Virus record (IMG/VR): IMGVR_UViG_3300017917_001940
Location: 1 to 64,000 of that record
Origin: a virus
Strand: one strand, 5' to 3'
DNA length: 64,000 nt
The notes below the pieces were generated by a model. The model saw only the letters and a program-made list of their open reading frames with translations, searched no databases and was not told the DNA's origin. The position numbers and the translations under genes are program-made. Shown here piece by piece: positions 9,748 through 18,577 of this stretch; within the stretch, counting starts at the first letter, position 1, and each line of letters opens with the position of its first letter.

Positions 9748-11077
9748 ACCACGTGTGGTTATTGCTACTGTTCCATTTGTTGATGAGAATACTCCATTGG
9801 CGGCGCCCGCTGTGTTAAAAGCCGCGCTAACTGCCGCTGGTATCGAATGTGTGGGTTTGGATCTTAACATAGAGATTTATAATAAAATACAACACAATCC
9901 AAACAGACATTTGTTTCTTGACTTTTTCTATAGACAAATAATACATGAAGAAATAGTAGAAGATCTGACTAAAATGTTAGACTTTTATGCTCAAGAACTA
10001 CTAGCACACAGACCCACTATCATTGGATTAAGTTTATTTTCTAGTAATTCCCAAACTTTTACTGCATGGCTGAGTGCGGTTTTACGCAATCAAGAACCCA
10101 CAGTTAAAATAGTCATCGGCGGCCCTGGATTAGAAACCCTGGAAAATTCTTTATTTAAATTTCCTGATCGAATAAAACAGCTAGGGCTAATTGATGATTA
10201 CATTACCGGCGACGCAGAAACGTCTTTTGTAGAATATGTTCGTGGCAATTACAATTACCCTGGAATTAATTCTACTAATTGGCAAGCTAATGCTAACTTT
10301 GATCAATTGCCCATGCCAGATTATTCAGATTATAGGTTCTTTAGATATGGTTATCCATTATTGCCTATTATAGACAGCAGAGGTTGTGTACAAAATTGTG
10401 AGTTTTGTGATGTTATTGCATTTTGGAAAAAGTTTCAATATCGTACAGCTGACAACATTTTTAATCAAATGTTCGCGCTAATTGAAAAATATCGTGTGTA
10501 CCGGTTTCAATTTTCCAGTAGCATTTGTAATGGCAATTTAAGAGAATTTAAAAAACTTGTCAAGCTCATAGCAGATTATAATGACAGTGTAAATGACAGT
10601 GAGCAAATACACTGGGTTGGATCTTTTATAGTGCGTCCATCTAATCAACATCGAGAAGAGTTGTGGCAACTAATAAAGAAAAGCAACGGATTCTTATTAA
10701 CTGGTGTTGAAAGCATTGTAGAGCATGTGCGTATTAACCTAGGCAAGAATTTCACTAATGCAGATTTAGATTACCATTTGGCTATGGCTAAAAAGTACCA
10801 AGTGCCCACAAACTTATTAATGATAGCGGCTTACCCAACCGAAACTGATGAAGATTATCAAACAACAATTCAGTGGTTTAAAGATCATCAAGAATATGCT
10901 AATAATACCATAATGAAAGTACAGTGTACTTTACCGGCAATATTGCCCGGAACAAAATTAGAAGCAAACATCAACCCGGAGCAATTTAACAACAACCATA
11001 GCCGACGTCGTCAGCATGCCCAACATCTTGAAGAAGTAATAAAACAATGTGGATTCGAAATACAAACATTCTTTTAA
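9722..11077 (+). CDS. B12-binding domain radical SAM protein (probable GTG start 9740)
   Basis: PLAAPAVLKA, VIGGPG cobalamin-binding features; SRGCVQNCEFC CxxxCxxC motif; GVES. Confidence 0.8.
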   Translation: MPNTCVVNKPRVVIATVPFVDENTPLAAPAVLKAALTAAGIECVGLDLNIEIYNKIQHNPNRHLFLDFFYRQIIHEEIVEDLTKMLDFYAQELLAHRPTIIGLSLFSSNSQTFTAWLSAVLRNQEPTVKIVIGGPGLETLENSLFKFPDRIKQLGLIDDYITGDAETSFVEYVRGNYNYPGINSTNWQANANFDQLPMPDYSDYRFFRYGYPLLPIIDSRGCVQNCEFCDVIAFWKKFQYRTADNIFNQMFALIEKYRVYRFQFSSSICNGNLREFKKLVKLIADYNDSVNDSEQIHWVGSFIVRPSNQHREELWQLIKKSNGFLLTGVESIVEHVRINLGKNFTNADLDYHLAMAKKYQVPTNLLMIAAYPTETDEDYQTTIQWFKDHQEYANNTIMKVQCTLPAILPGTKLEANINPEQFNNNHSRRRQHAQHLEEVIKQCGFEIQTFF

Positions 11078-11463
11078 CTCTTGCTATACAGGCCAGTGAT
11101 CAAACAAAAATTTCTGTATTTGATCAGGAATTTAATCCCCTGCCCACAACTAGCACATGTCAAAATAATATTATTAATGTTGAAATTTTAACTTATATGC
11201 CCAATCAAGTGCTATTGGTCCTATCCGGTCCGGCTCGTTTATCTAACATGTGGTTAGCTGGTATAAAAGTTAAAAATGATAAACTGTTAAATGTCCTGGA
11301 ATATAAACCGTCCGCACAGTCATTTAACTCACCGGGTGATTATATCAATAACGTATCAACCAAGACCCTGGATTGGACCCAACCTGGTTGCGTGTTAATT
11401 AATCTTTTTAACCCAAATCCATTTGCCTATCATATGTATATTGGCAATAAAATATCGTTCTGA
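11047..11463 (+). CDS. Hypothetical protein
   Basis: ORF overlapping the radical SAM gene. Confidence 0.45.
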   Translation: MWIRNTNILLTLAIQASDQTKISVFDQEFNPLPTTSTCQNNIINVEILTYMPNQVLLVLSGPARLSNMWLAGIKVKNDKLLNVLEYKPSAQSFNSPGDYINNVSTKTLDWTQPGCVLINLFNPNPFAYHMYIGNKISF

Positions 11464-11485
11464 CTTGTGTTAGACTAAATGTATA

Positions 11486-11494
11486 TGTTATAAT
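11486..11494 (+). promoter_or_regulatory. Extended -10 promoter for helicase
   Basis: TGT-TATAAT, 5 nt before ATG 11500. Confidence 0.55.
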
Positions 11495-11499
11495 ATCTT

Positions 11500-12900
11500 A
11501 TGCTTAAAGAATACGGACTAGAAGTACAACGCTTGTTTTTAGAAATGATGCTCCAAGATGCTGAGAGCTATGTGCGTGTACAAAACATTTATAATCCAGA
11601 GAACTTTGATAGAAGTTTGCGACCAGCCGCGGAATTTATTCGCAAGCATTGTGCTGATCACAAGACCATGCCTGCCCTGGAACAATTAAATGCTGTGACA
11701 GGATTAAAACTACAGCACGTTCCAGACTTAAACGAAGATCACTTTTCGTGGTTCATGCAGGAGTTTGAAGGTTTTACCAAGCGACAAGAACTAGAACGTG
11801 CTATTTTAAAATCAGCTGACTTGCTGGAAAAAGGCGAGTTTGATCCTGTAGAAAAACTTATTAAAGATGCTGTACAAATAAGTCTAACTAAAGACATGGG
11901 TACAGATTACTTTGCCAGTCCTAAGTCCAGACTGGAAAAGTATTTTAATTCAGGTGGACAAGTTTCAACAGGTTGGCCTAGCTTAGACAAATTGCTATAT
12001 GGTGGATTCAGCCGCGGAGAATTAAACATTTTTGCTGGTGGATCAGGTTCAGGTAAATCGCTTGTGATGATGAACATCGCACTGAGCTGGTTAAATCAAG
12101 GACTCAGCGGTGTGTATATTTCGCTTGAATTGTCAGAAGAACTGGTGAGTTTGCGTACAGATGCCATGTTGTCAGGAATGTCAACAAAAGATATTAGACG
12201 TGACATGGACACCGCAGAATTAAAAGTTAAATTATATTCCAAGAAGTCCGGACAGTATAGAATTAAAGCCCTACCAGCACAAAGCAACATCAATGATATT
12301 CGTGCGTATATTAAAGAAGTACAAGTACAAACTGGATTACGAGTAGACTTTGTCATGGTAGACTACTTGGACTTGTTAATGCCAATCAGTGCTAAGGTTA
12401 GCCCAAATGATTTGTTTGTCAAAGACAAGTATGTTTCTGAAGAACTGCGTAACTTGGCCAAAGAGCTGGGTGTATTAATGGTCACAGCAAGTCAGTTAAA
12501 TCGTAGTGCTGTGGAAGAAATTGAATTTGACCACAGTCATATTTCGGGTGGTATATCTAAGATTAATACTGCGGATAACGTGTTTGGTATCTTTACCAGT
12601 AGAGCCATGCGTGAACGTGGACGCTATCAAATACAGTGTATGAAGTCTCGTTCTAGTACAGGTGTAGGACAAAAGGTAGACTTGGAATACAATATTGAAA
12701 CCATGCGTATTACAGACTTGGGCGAGGAAGAACAACAGTCTAGCGGATTTGTTAAAAAGAATAATGTGCTAGATTCAATTAAAGCACAAAGCACGTTTAA
12801 ACCTGCTCATTCGGATGAAGAAGACAGCCCCAAGGTACAAGCAGACGTTAATAGTGCAAAATTAAAGCAATTATTAAACAATTTAAAACCAAATTTATAA
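11500..12900 (+). CDS. Replicative DNA helicase (DnaB/gp41 family)
   Basis: GGSGSGKS Walker A, ISLEL, VMVDYLDL Walker B, TASQLNR, KSR. Confidence 0.9.
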   Translation: MLKEYGLEVQRLFLEMMLQDAESYVRVQNIYNPENFDRSLRPAAEFIRKHCADHKTMPALEQLNAVTGLKLQHVPDLNEDHFSWFMQEFEGFTKRQELERAILKSADLLEKGEFDPVEKLIKDAVQISLTKDMGTDYFASPKSRLEKYFNSGGQVSTGWPSLDKLLYGGFSRGELNIFAGGSGSGKSLVMMNIALSWLNQGLSGVYISLELSEELVSLRTDAMLSGMSTKDIRRDMDTAELKVKLYSKKSGQYRIKALPAQSNINDIRAYIKEVQVQTGLRVDFVMVDYLDLLMPISAKVSPNDLFVKDKYVSEELRNLAKELGVLMVTASQLNRSAVEEIEFDHSHISGGISKINTADNVFGIFTSRAMRERGRYQIQCMKSRSSTGVGQKVDLEYNIETMRITDLGEEEQQSSGFVKKNNVLDSIKAQSTFKPAHSDEEDSPKVQADVNSAKLKQLLNNLKPNL

Positions 12901-12949
12901 TCACCAAACCTTTAAAAGATCAATAAATAATAAAAAGGTTCTGGCCATT

Positions 12950-13198
12950 ATGCAAAAGAAAACTCGTAGTTTATTAGAAGAACTAGACTCAATGTATATT
13001 GAGCGTGAAAAACGCCATATCATTGAAACTCGTGCTAGTAATATCATTGCTGGGGCTATACGTTTGCTTGAAGAAATCGAATCGAGCTATACTCCTGAGC
13101 AAGCTGAGAACCTTACACGTAAATTGCTCAATGCTATTAAATTAAAAGATCCGGGTAAATTTACACGCACCGTAAGGAAAACAGATGCAAATTCATGA
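12950..13198 (+). CDS. Hypothetical protein
   Basis: ORF downstream of ATAAATA box near 12923. Confidence 0.6.
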   Translation: MQKKTRSLLEELDSMYIEREKRHIIETRASNIIAGAIRLLEEIESSYTPEQAENLTRKLLNAIKLKDPGKFTRTVRKTDANS

Positions 13199-13841
13199 AA
13201 TAACTATTAATGCTAAAACTAAATTAGATGAAGCACTGCCAAATTGGATGGACCCTGCGGCTATTGCACAAAAAGCTAAATCAGTTGGACAAGGCATTAA
13301 ATCAGTTGGACAAAATATTAAACAAACAGTAGCTCCAGCACAACAGGCATATAAATCCTATAGTCAAAATAAAAAAATAGCTGGTGTATCTGATACTGCC
13401 TTAAAGGCATGGAGTACCTATGCTACTAATTTAGCCAAAGCCAATCCAGATCCTGCACGTTTTGAACAATTATACAAACAAGCTCTAACATCTTTTGTGC
13501 AAAAAAATCTATTAAAAAATCAATCAATTAATTCAGCTATTAATTCTCAGGAAATTAATACATTGATTAATAATATTACTGCACAACGCAACAATGCACA
13601 AGCATTACCATTGTTATTTAATAAATTAATTCAACAAGCATCATTGAGCACACAAGATCCTAGTAGAGGAGCTGGATTGTTGGTTAAAGTTATCAGTGCT
13701 AATCCAGCTGTATTACAGTTTAGAAACAAAACCTATGTCATTGGCAACCAAGGTGAGTGGGTAGATAAAGATTCTGGACAAGTAGCGGATCCAACATTTC
13801 AGGCATTTTTAGATCAAGAATTATCCAAGGCAACTCCATGA
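13185..13841 (+). CDS. Hypothetical, probable head-internal protein
   Basis: MQIHEI...LDEA N-terminus; A/Q/N/K-rich helical composition. Confidence 0.5.
   Translation: MQIHEITINAKTKLDEALPNWMDPAAIAQKAKSVGQGIKSVGQNIKQTVAPAQQAYKSYSQNKKIAGVSDTALKAWSTYATNLAKANPDPARFEQLYKQALTSFVQKNLLKNQSINSAINSQEINTLINNITAQRNNAQALPLLFNKLIQQASLSTQDPSRGAGLLVKVISANPAVLQFRNKTYVIGNQGEWVDKDSGQVADPTFQAFLDQELSKATP
13277..13313 (+). repeat. 21-nt-period tandem duplication (KSVGQ x2)
   Basis: TAAATCAGTTGGACAA at 13277 and 13298. Confidence 0.8.
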
Positions 13842-15715
13842 ACTTAATCGAAGGCGGCAATGTATTCAAGGATGCCGACGGACATCCTGCAACACAACGT
13901 ATTAATCAAACCGATGTAAAACCTACATTAGCTTGGTTGGACATGATGTTGCCTGATTTAGATTTACAAAATAACACCCTAGGATCAACAGGAATCAAGC
14001 CAACAAGCGGTGATTTAGATTTAGCCATTGATGCTAATAAAATTTCTAAAGAACAATTAACCGACCTATTAGTCAAATGGGTAAAAAGCCAAGGTATTCC
14101 GGAGCAGGAAATTAGAAATTGGGTACAAAAGTCTGGGTCAGCTGTGCATTTTAAAACACCAATAACTGGACGTCCGGCCAATGGCTTTGTACAAACAGAT
14201 TTTATGTTTCTTAAAAAACCAAATTGGTCAAAGTTTGTGCTAGGCGCCATGCCGGTGGACAGTGAATATAAAGGTCGTGAGCGTAATGTATTAATGAACA
14301 GCATAGCCAAGAGTATGGGTTATAAATTAAATCAAGTCGACGGTATTGCTGACCGTGCTAGTAATCAAGTGATTACTGACGATCCAGATCAAGTGGCTAA
14401 ATTATTATTGAATAAACAAGCCACACGAGAAGATTTAGCCAGTGTGGAAAACATATATCAGGCCCTAGCACGTGACCCTCGACGTGATATTAAACTATCT
14501 GACTTTAGAGATCATTTAGCTCGTGAAAACTTACCCGAGCCAGGACAAATTGCCGAGACACATTTTTTAGCTCGATTGCGTGATCGTATAGTAAATCAGG
14601 GCATGTATGCATTAATTGAAAGTGAACAATTAACAGAAGGCGAAGTGCGTATTCCACACATTGAAGATTTAGTGTTTAAAAAAGGCACACGTGGAGTAGA
14701 AGAAGCACTGGCAATTATTAGTCATGCCGCAGAAGACACTGCCGGCACAACCACAGTTAAATGGGATGGCAAGCCAGCAATTATTTGGGGACGTAAAGCC
14801 ACTGGTGAATTTGTTCTAACTGATAAATCAGGATTTGGCGCCAAAGGATATGATGGTTTGGCCACTAGCCCGGACATGCTGGCTCAAATAATGAACATGC
14901 GTGGTGGTGAGCGTGGAGAATTAATTGACATTTATCGTAAATTATGGCCCATGCTAGAAGCCGCTACTCCTAAATCGTTCACTGGCTATATGCAAGGTGA
15001 TTTATTATATACAAATACCCCACCCGAAGTGCGTGGAGCATATCAATTTAAACCTAATTTTATTGAATATAATATTCCTGTAGAAAGTAAATTGGGCCAA
15101 GCCATTGGTGCTAGTGAAGTGGGCATTGCCGCACACACTTATTACAAGGATCCAGGCAGTAATCCAGAACCAATTAAACATATTACCTTAAAGAAAGTTC
15201 CAGGATTATTGGTAATTGAGCCCACAGTAAAAGATATTTCCAATGTTCGCCCAGACGCTAAAAAAGTAAAAGAACTGCGTCAATTAATGCGAACCAATGG
15301 TGCCGCTATTGATCAATTGTTTAATCCTGCTGATTTAAGAGCCATGCAAATTAGTGATTTACCTGCGCTGTGCGAACGTTATATTAATTCACGTATACAC
15401 GATGATTATTCTAACTTATTAAGCGACTTTGGCCCATGGTTACAAAAGGCAGTTAGCCCACGCAAATATAACAATATTGTAGAATACTTACAAAGTCCAC
15501 GGTCAAACATGGCGGGCATGACAGCGGCATTTCAAGCGTTTATGTTGCTACATGAAATTAAAACACACATGCTAGAACAACTAGATCGCCAACAGCCCGG
15601 ACAAGAAGGCTGGGTTATAGCCAGTCCAGCTGGACGTGCTAAACTTGTAAACCGCTTTGGTTTTTCCGCTGGAAATCGAATCCTCAACAACCCTAATTTG
15701 GCGTCTCCGGTATAA
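13838..15715 (+). CDS. Pol-beta-type nucleotidyltransferase fused to ligase-like (KxDG) domain
   Basis: LGSTG..SGDLDLAI and VQTDF in the N-half; TVKWDG, QGDLL, EGWVI, AKLV in the C-half. Confidence 0.55.
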   Translation: MNLIEGGNVFKDADGHPATQRINQTDVKPTLAWLDMMLPDLDLQNNTLGSTGIKPTSGDLDLAIDANKISKEQLTDLLVKWVKSQGIPEQEIRNWVQKSGSAVHFKTPITGRPANGFVQTDFMFLKKPNWSKFVLGAMPVDSEYKGRERNVLMNSIAKSMGYKLNQVDGIADRASNQVITDDPDQVAKLLLNKQATREDLASVENIYQALARDPRRDIKLSDFRDHLARENLPEPGQIAETHFLARLRDRIVNQGMYALIESEQLTEGEVRIPHIEDLVFKKGTRGVEEALAIISHAAEDTAGTTTVKWDGKPAIIWGRKATGEFVLTDKSGFGAKGYDGLATSPDMLAQIMNMRGGERGELIDIYRKLWPMLEAATPKSFTGYMQGDLLYTNTPPEVRGAYQFKPNFIEYNIPVESKLGQAIGASEVGIAAHTYYKDPGSNPEPIKHITLKKVPGLLVIEPTVKDISNVRPDAKKVKELRQLMRTNGAAIDQLFNPADLRAMQISDLPALCERYINSRIHDDYSNLLSDFGPWLQKAVSPRKYNNIVEYLQSPRSNMAGMTAAFQAFMLLHEIKTHMLEQLDRQQPGQEGWVIASPAGRAKLVNRFGFSAGNRILNNPNLASPV

Positions 15716-15740
15716 ATAAAAGTAGGACGGCCACGTCCAC
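15711..15740 (+). promoter_or_regulatory. Late promoter with 5' hairpin
   Basis: TATAAATA 15711-15718; GGACG/CGTCC stem 15725-15738; AAGGAG SD downstream. Confidence 0.65.
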
Positions 15741-15760
15741 TTAATTAAGGAGATTTAAAA

Positions 15761-16156
15761 ATGGCATATATTACACCCGTACACGGTACAGCACAACCAG
15801 TATTCCACCAAGACGTTGCTAACGGTGCAGTTGCTGGTTCAGCAAACGTAGCCGCTCAATCGGTTACTAACCCAGCTGGTCCTAAGTTAGACTTCTTTGC
15901 TTTGACAGCTAACGCCGCTTTGACAAGCACAGGTAACACATGGCAATATTTGGGTAACGTTTTGAACGCTATCCAGCAAATCGGTACAGTTGCTTTCTAT
16001 CAAGTTAGCCCAACTGATGCTACAGTATTGAATATCGCTTTGTATCCAACTGGTATTCCAGCTGCCAACGTTGTTGCTGCCGCTCAGTCTGCTAACGCTA
16101 CTATCGGTATCCCAACAGCTAACATCAGCACAACAGCTAGTTTCACAACTCAGTAA
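15761..16156 (+). CDS. Small, probably abundant virion protein
   Basis: Own late promoter, strong SD, GCT/AAC/GGT-biased codons, own terminator. Confidence 0.55.
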   Translation: MAYITPVHGTAQPVFHQDVANGAVAGSANVAAQSVTNPAGPKLDFFALTANAALTSTGNTWQYLGNVLNAIQQIGTVAFYQVSPTDATVLNIALYPTGIPAANVVAAAQSANATIGIPTANISTTASFTTQ

Positions 16157-16178
16157 TCTGAGCTGTACTCAGCACAAG

Positions 16179-16206
16179 AAACCCTGGTTTAATTCCAGGG
16201 TTTTTT
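16179..16206 (+). terminator. Rho-independent terminator
   Basis: AAACCCTGG/CCAGGGTTT stem plus T-run. Confidence 0.85.
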
Positions 16207-16227
16207 ATTGACCTTAAATATCTACAG

Positions 16228-16629
16228 ATGAAGATTCAATGTAGAACAACTTTTGATATCACTGCTACAGGTGTGACTGGGCATTTTAGAAGTAGCCGCT
16301 TGCCCTTTACTGATCTTGCGGGTAAAGCCATTGCCAATGAACGCGACTGGAATCGTTCTAGAAATCAACAGCGTAACTGGGAAACACTACAGCAATTAAT
16401 TAGTTTAAGAACACAGGTCAACATACAACAACCAATTAAAACAGCTGATTGTTGGGAGTTTGAATTTGACTTTGAAACTCACAGCGTATTTGATGACGGT
16501 ACTGATCTATTAGGTACATTAAAAGCTGATTGTTTTGGAGTACCTATGTTAACTCGACTAGAAGAATCGCAAGATCCTGGATCAACATTATGCTCTGATC
16601 AAAACATTTGGTTTACTGTATTAGAATAA
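16228..16629 (+). CDS. Hypothetical protein
   Basis: TAAATA 16215-16220 lies 7 nt upstream. Confidence 0.6.
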   Translation: MKIQCRTTFDITATGVTGHFRSSRLPFTDLAGKAIANERDWNRSRNQQRNWETLQQLISLRTQVNIQQPIKTADCWEFEFDFETHSVFDDGTDLLGTLKADCFGVPMLTRLEESQDPGSTLCSDQNIWFTVLE

Positions 16630-16639
16630 ATATAATGTT

Positions 16640-16903
16640 ATGACTGAAACCACTGAAATCGAAAAGAAAAGTCTAGAAGCACACGTTGAATTGTGTGCTG
16701 AACGCTATCGCAGTTTAGACGAGCGTTTGGATAACCTTGGAGAGAAAATCTCCAAGGTTGAAACAGTTACCAATGATATTAAATCGGCTGTGAGTAAAAT
16801 GGCCGAGAAGAACAACGATCGATTAATTAATTGGGGAATAGGTATAATTGTGTTTCTACTGGGCATTGTTGGCTGGATGACAACACATTTTTTAGTTAAA
16901 TGA
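16640..16903 (+). CDS. Coiled-coil protein with C-terminal transmembrane helix (XhlA/holin-like architecture)
   Basis: Heptad-like N-part, then LINWGIGIIVFLLGIVGW. Confidence 0.45.
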   Translation: MTETTEIEKKSLEAHVELCAERYRSLDERLDNLGEKISKVETVTNDIKSAVSKMAEKNNDRLINWGIGIIVFLLGIVGWMTTHFLVK

Positions 16904-17394
16904 AAAATCAAGAATTAGAACAACTAATTCGTAATGAATTACGTACAATCATGCCCAATATGATTTGGCGCAATGATAATGGTGATTACGAATTGTTTGG
17001 AAGATATTTAATATGCCCCGAAGCTAATGGATTTAGGGTTTATTGTAGTGCAACTGAAATAGGATTATTTGGTAGTACAAAATCAGCTCTGAGCTGGTGC
17101 ATAGCAGACAAATATCAAAAATTCAATTTAGCACGTGATATATTACGTACTGACAATAGATTAAATGCCGTTAGTAACGATATATTTGTGCGTGTGGGCA
17201 TTAGCAATCGGAGTAAACGAGCTGAATTTAAAGAAAGTATTGATATTAAATTAGAAAATAAAATAATACGTAAAAAAGAGCTGGAACAACAATTAGACAA
17301 ATTGATTAATTCGGCTAAATATTTACAACAAAGAGGATTTGATAATGAAACTGCACGATCTGGCCGCGCCACAACAAACAAAACAAGTCGCTAA
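16900..17394 (+). CDS. Hypothetical protein
   Basis: ATGA-coupled to upstream gene. Confidence 0.55.
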   Translation: MKNQELEQLIRNELRTIMPNMIWRNDNGDYELFGRYLICPEANGFRVYCSATEIGLFGSTKSALSWCIADKYQKFNLARDILRTDNRLNAVSNDIFVRVGISNRSKRAEFKESIDIKLENKIIRKKELEQQLDKLINSAKYLQQRGFDNETARSGRATTNKTSR

Positions 17395-18184
17395 AGTAAT
17401 GGAAAGTTACTTTGGACAATCAGTAGCTTTTGACAAGCTCACACCAACACAAGCACGTACAATGCTTAAAAAAGTGCGTGGTTTAATTGCTGAACAACGA
17501 CGTCAACCTGACTTCCATTTTAGTGAGCAAAATCCTGCTTACTTAAAGTTAATGATGATGGAACAAGGTTTACAAGCCGCTAGTGTTCAAGCTGACCCTG
17601 CTAAATCAGCCGCACTGCAAACTGCACAAGCTCAACAGGCTAAACGTCAAATACAAGATCAGATTAAAGACAAAACAGCACAGTTGACTCAACTTCAACA
17701 AGAAATTCAACAATTACGTCAGCAGGCAAATAACCCAACAATGCCAGTTCAGGAAACTCGCCTGGCACGTCGTTTGCGTGAAGCCAGTGAAGTTCAACAA
17801 GCTCAAGTTGTATTGGCCAGCCAGGACATGGTAGACCAAGTGCAAAAGATGATTGAACAAACTACATCAGTTCAGTTCAAAGACTTGCCAGCACTGGTAG
17901 ATCAAATCCGCAACGAAGTTGGTTACGATCAAGCAACTCAATTCAATGGTGATGCCACAGCCGCATTAAGTGGGTTGGTACAAAACTTGCAACAGGCCAA
18001 AGGTCAATTAGAGCAAGCTCTTGGTGTTGTCACAGGTCAAGCTCCACAAATTCCCGGTGAAGAACTAGGTGCAGAAGTTCCTGAGGTTCCTGAATTACCA
18101 GCTGGTGAAGAAGCGGAATTAGACATCGATACCGAAGAAGAGCCAAGCTCACTAGAGACAACATTAGGACGTGGTAAGCGTTAA
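17339..18184 (+). CDS. Hypothetical Q/E-rich coiled-coil protein, possible head scaffold/core (start 17345)
   Basis: Gln-rich coiled coil, LRE-A motif, acidic tail. Confidence 0.5.
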   Translation: MIMKLHDLAAPQQTKQVAKVMESYFGQSVAFDKLTPTQARTMLKKVRGLIAEQRRQPDFHFSEQNPAYLKLMMMEQGLQAASVQADPAKSAALQTAQAQQAKRQIQDQIKDKTAQLTQLQQEIQQLRQQANNPTMPVQETRLARRLREASEVQQAQVVLASQDMVDQVQKMIEQTTSVQFKDLPALVDQIRNEVGYDQATQFNGDATAALSGLVQNLQQAKGQLEQALGVVTGQAPQIPGEELGAEVPEVPELPAGEEAELDIDTEEEPSSLETTLGRGKR

Positions 18185-18522
18185 TGTTAATTTTTGAAGT
18201 AGAAGATCAGAACACAAGTAAACTGGCCGCTTTGAGCCAGTTTCTTGTTGGACGTAGCGATGATACTACTGCTAAAAAAGAAATCTCCTCTGATGCTTTT
18301 ATTGATCTCGCCAACCAACTTGGTGTAGTAGTAAGTCAAGGTAATCTTGGCGAAATGATTGCCAAACCACCACTAAGCAATATCCTTGAACCATATGAAC
18401 CTAATTCTGGCGTGGTTCGATTCAAAGGCAATTATGAAAAGTCTGCCAAAATGGATACTGACAAAGCCCAGGATATTGTAGACAAGAATGCCAAAGCCGC
18501 TATGAAGCGCGGCATGAAATAA
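18184..18522 (+). CDS. Hypothetical protein
   Basis: TAATG-coupled; MLIFE N-terminus. Confidence 0.55.
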   Translation: MLIFEVEDQNTSKLAALSQFLVGRSDDTTAKKEISSDAFIDLANQLGVVVSQGNLGEMIAKPPLSNILEPYEPNSGVVRFKGNYEKSAKMDTDKAQDIVDKNAKAAMKRGMK

Positions 18523-18577
18523 CCAAATCTATTGTAAATTTAGTGCCACGTGCTGGTGCGCCAAGATAAATAACTAT

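Noticed and set aside
13277-13313. Short direct repeat as a CRISPR or regulatory array
   Set aside because: Only two copies, in frame within a CDS (KSVGQ duplication).
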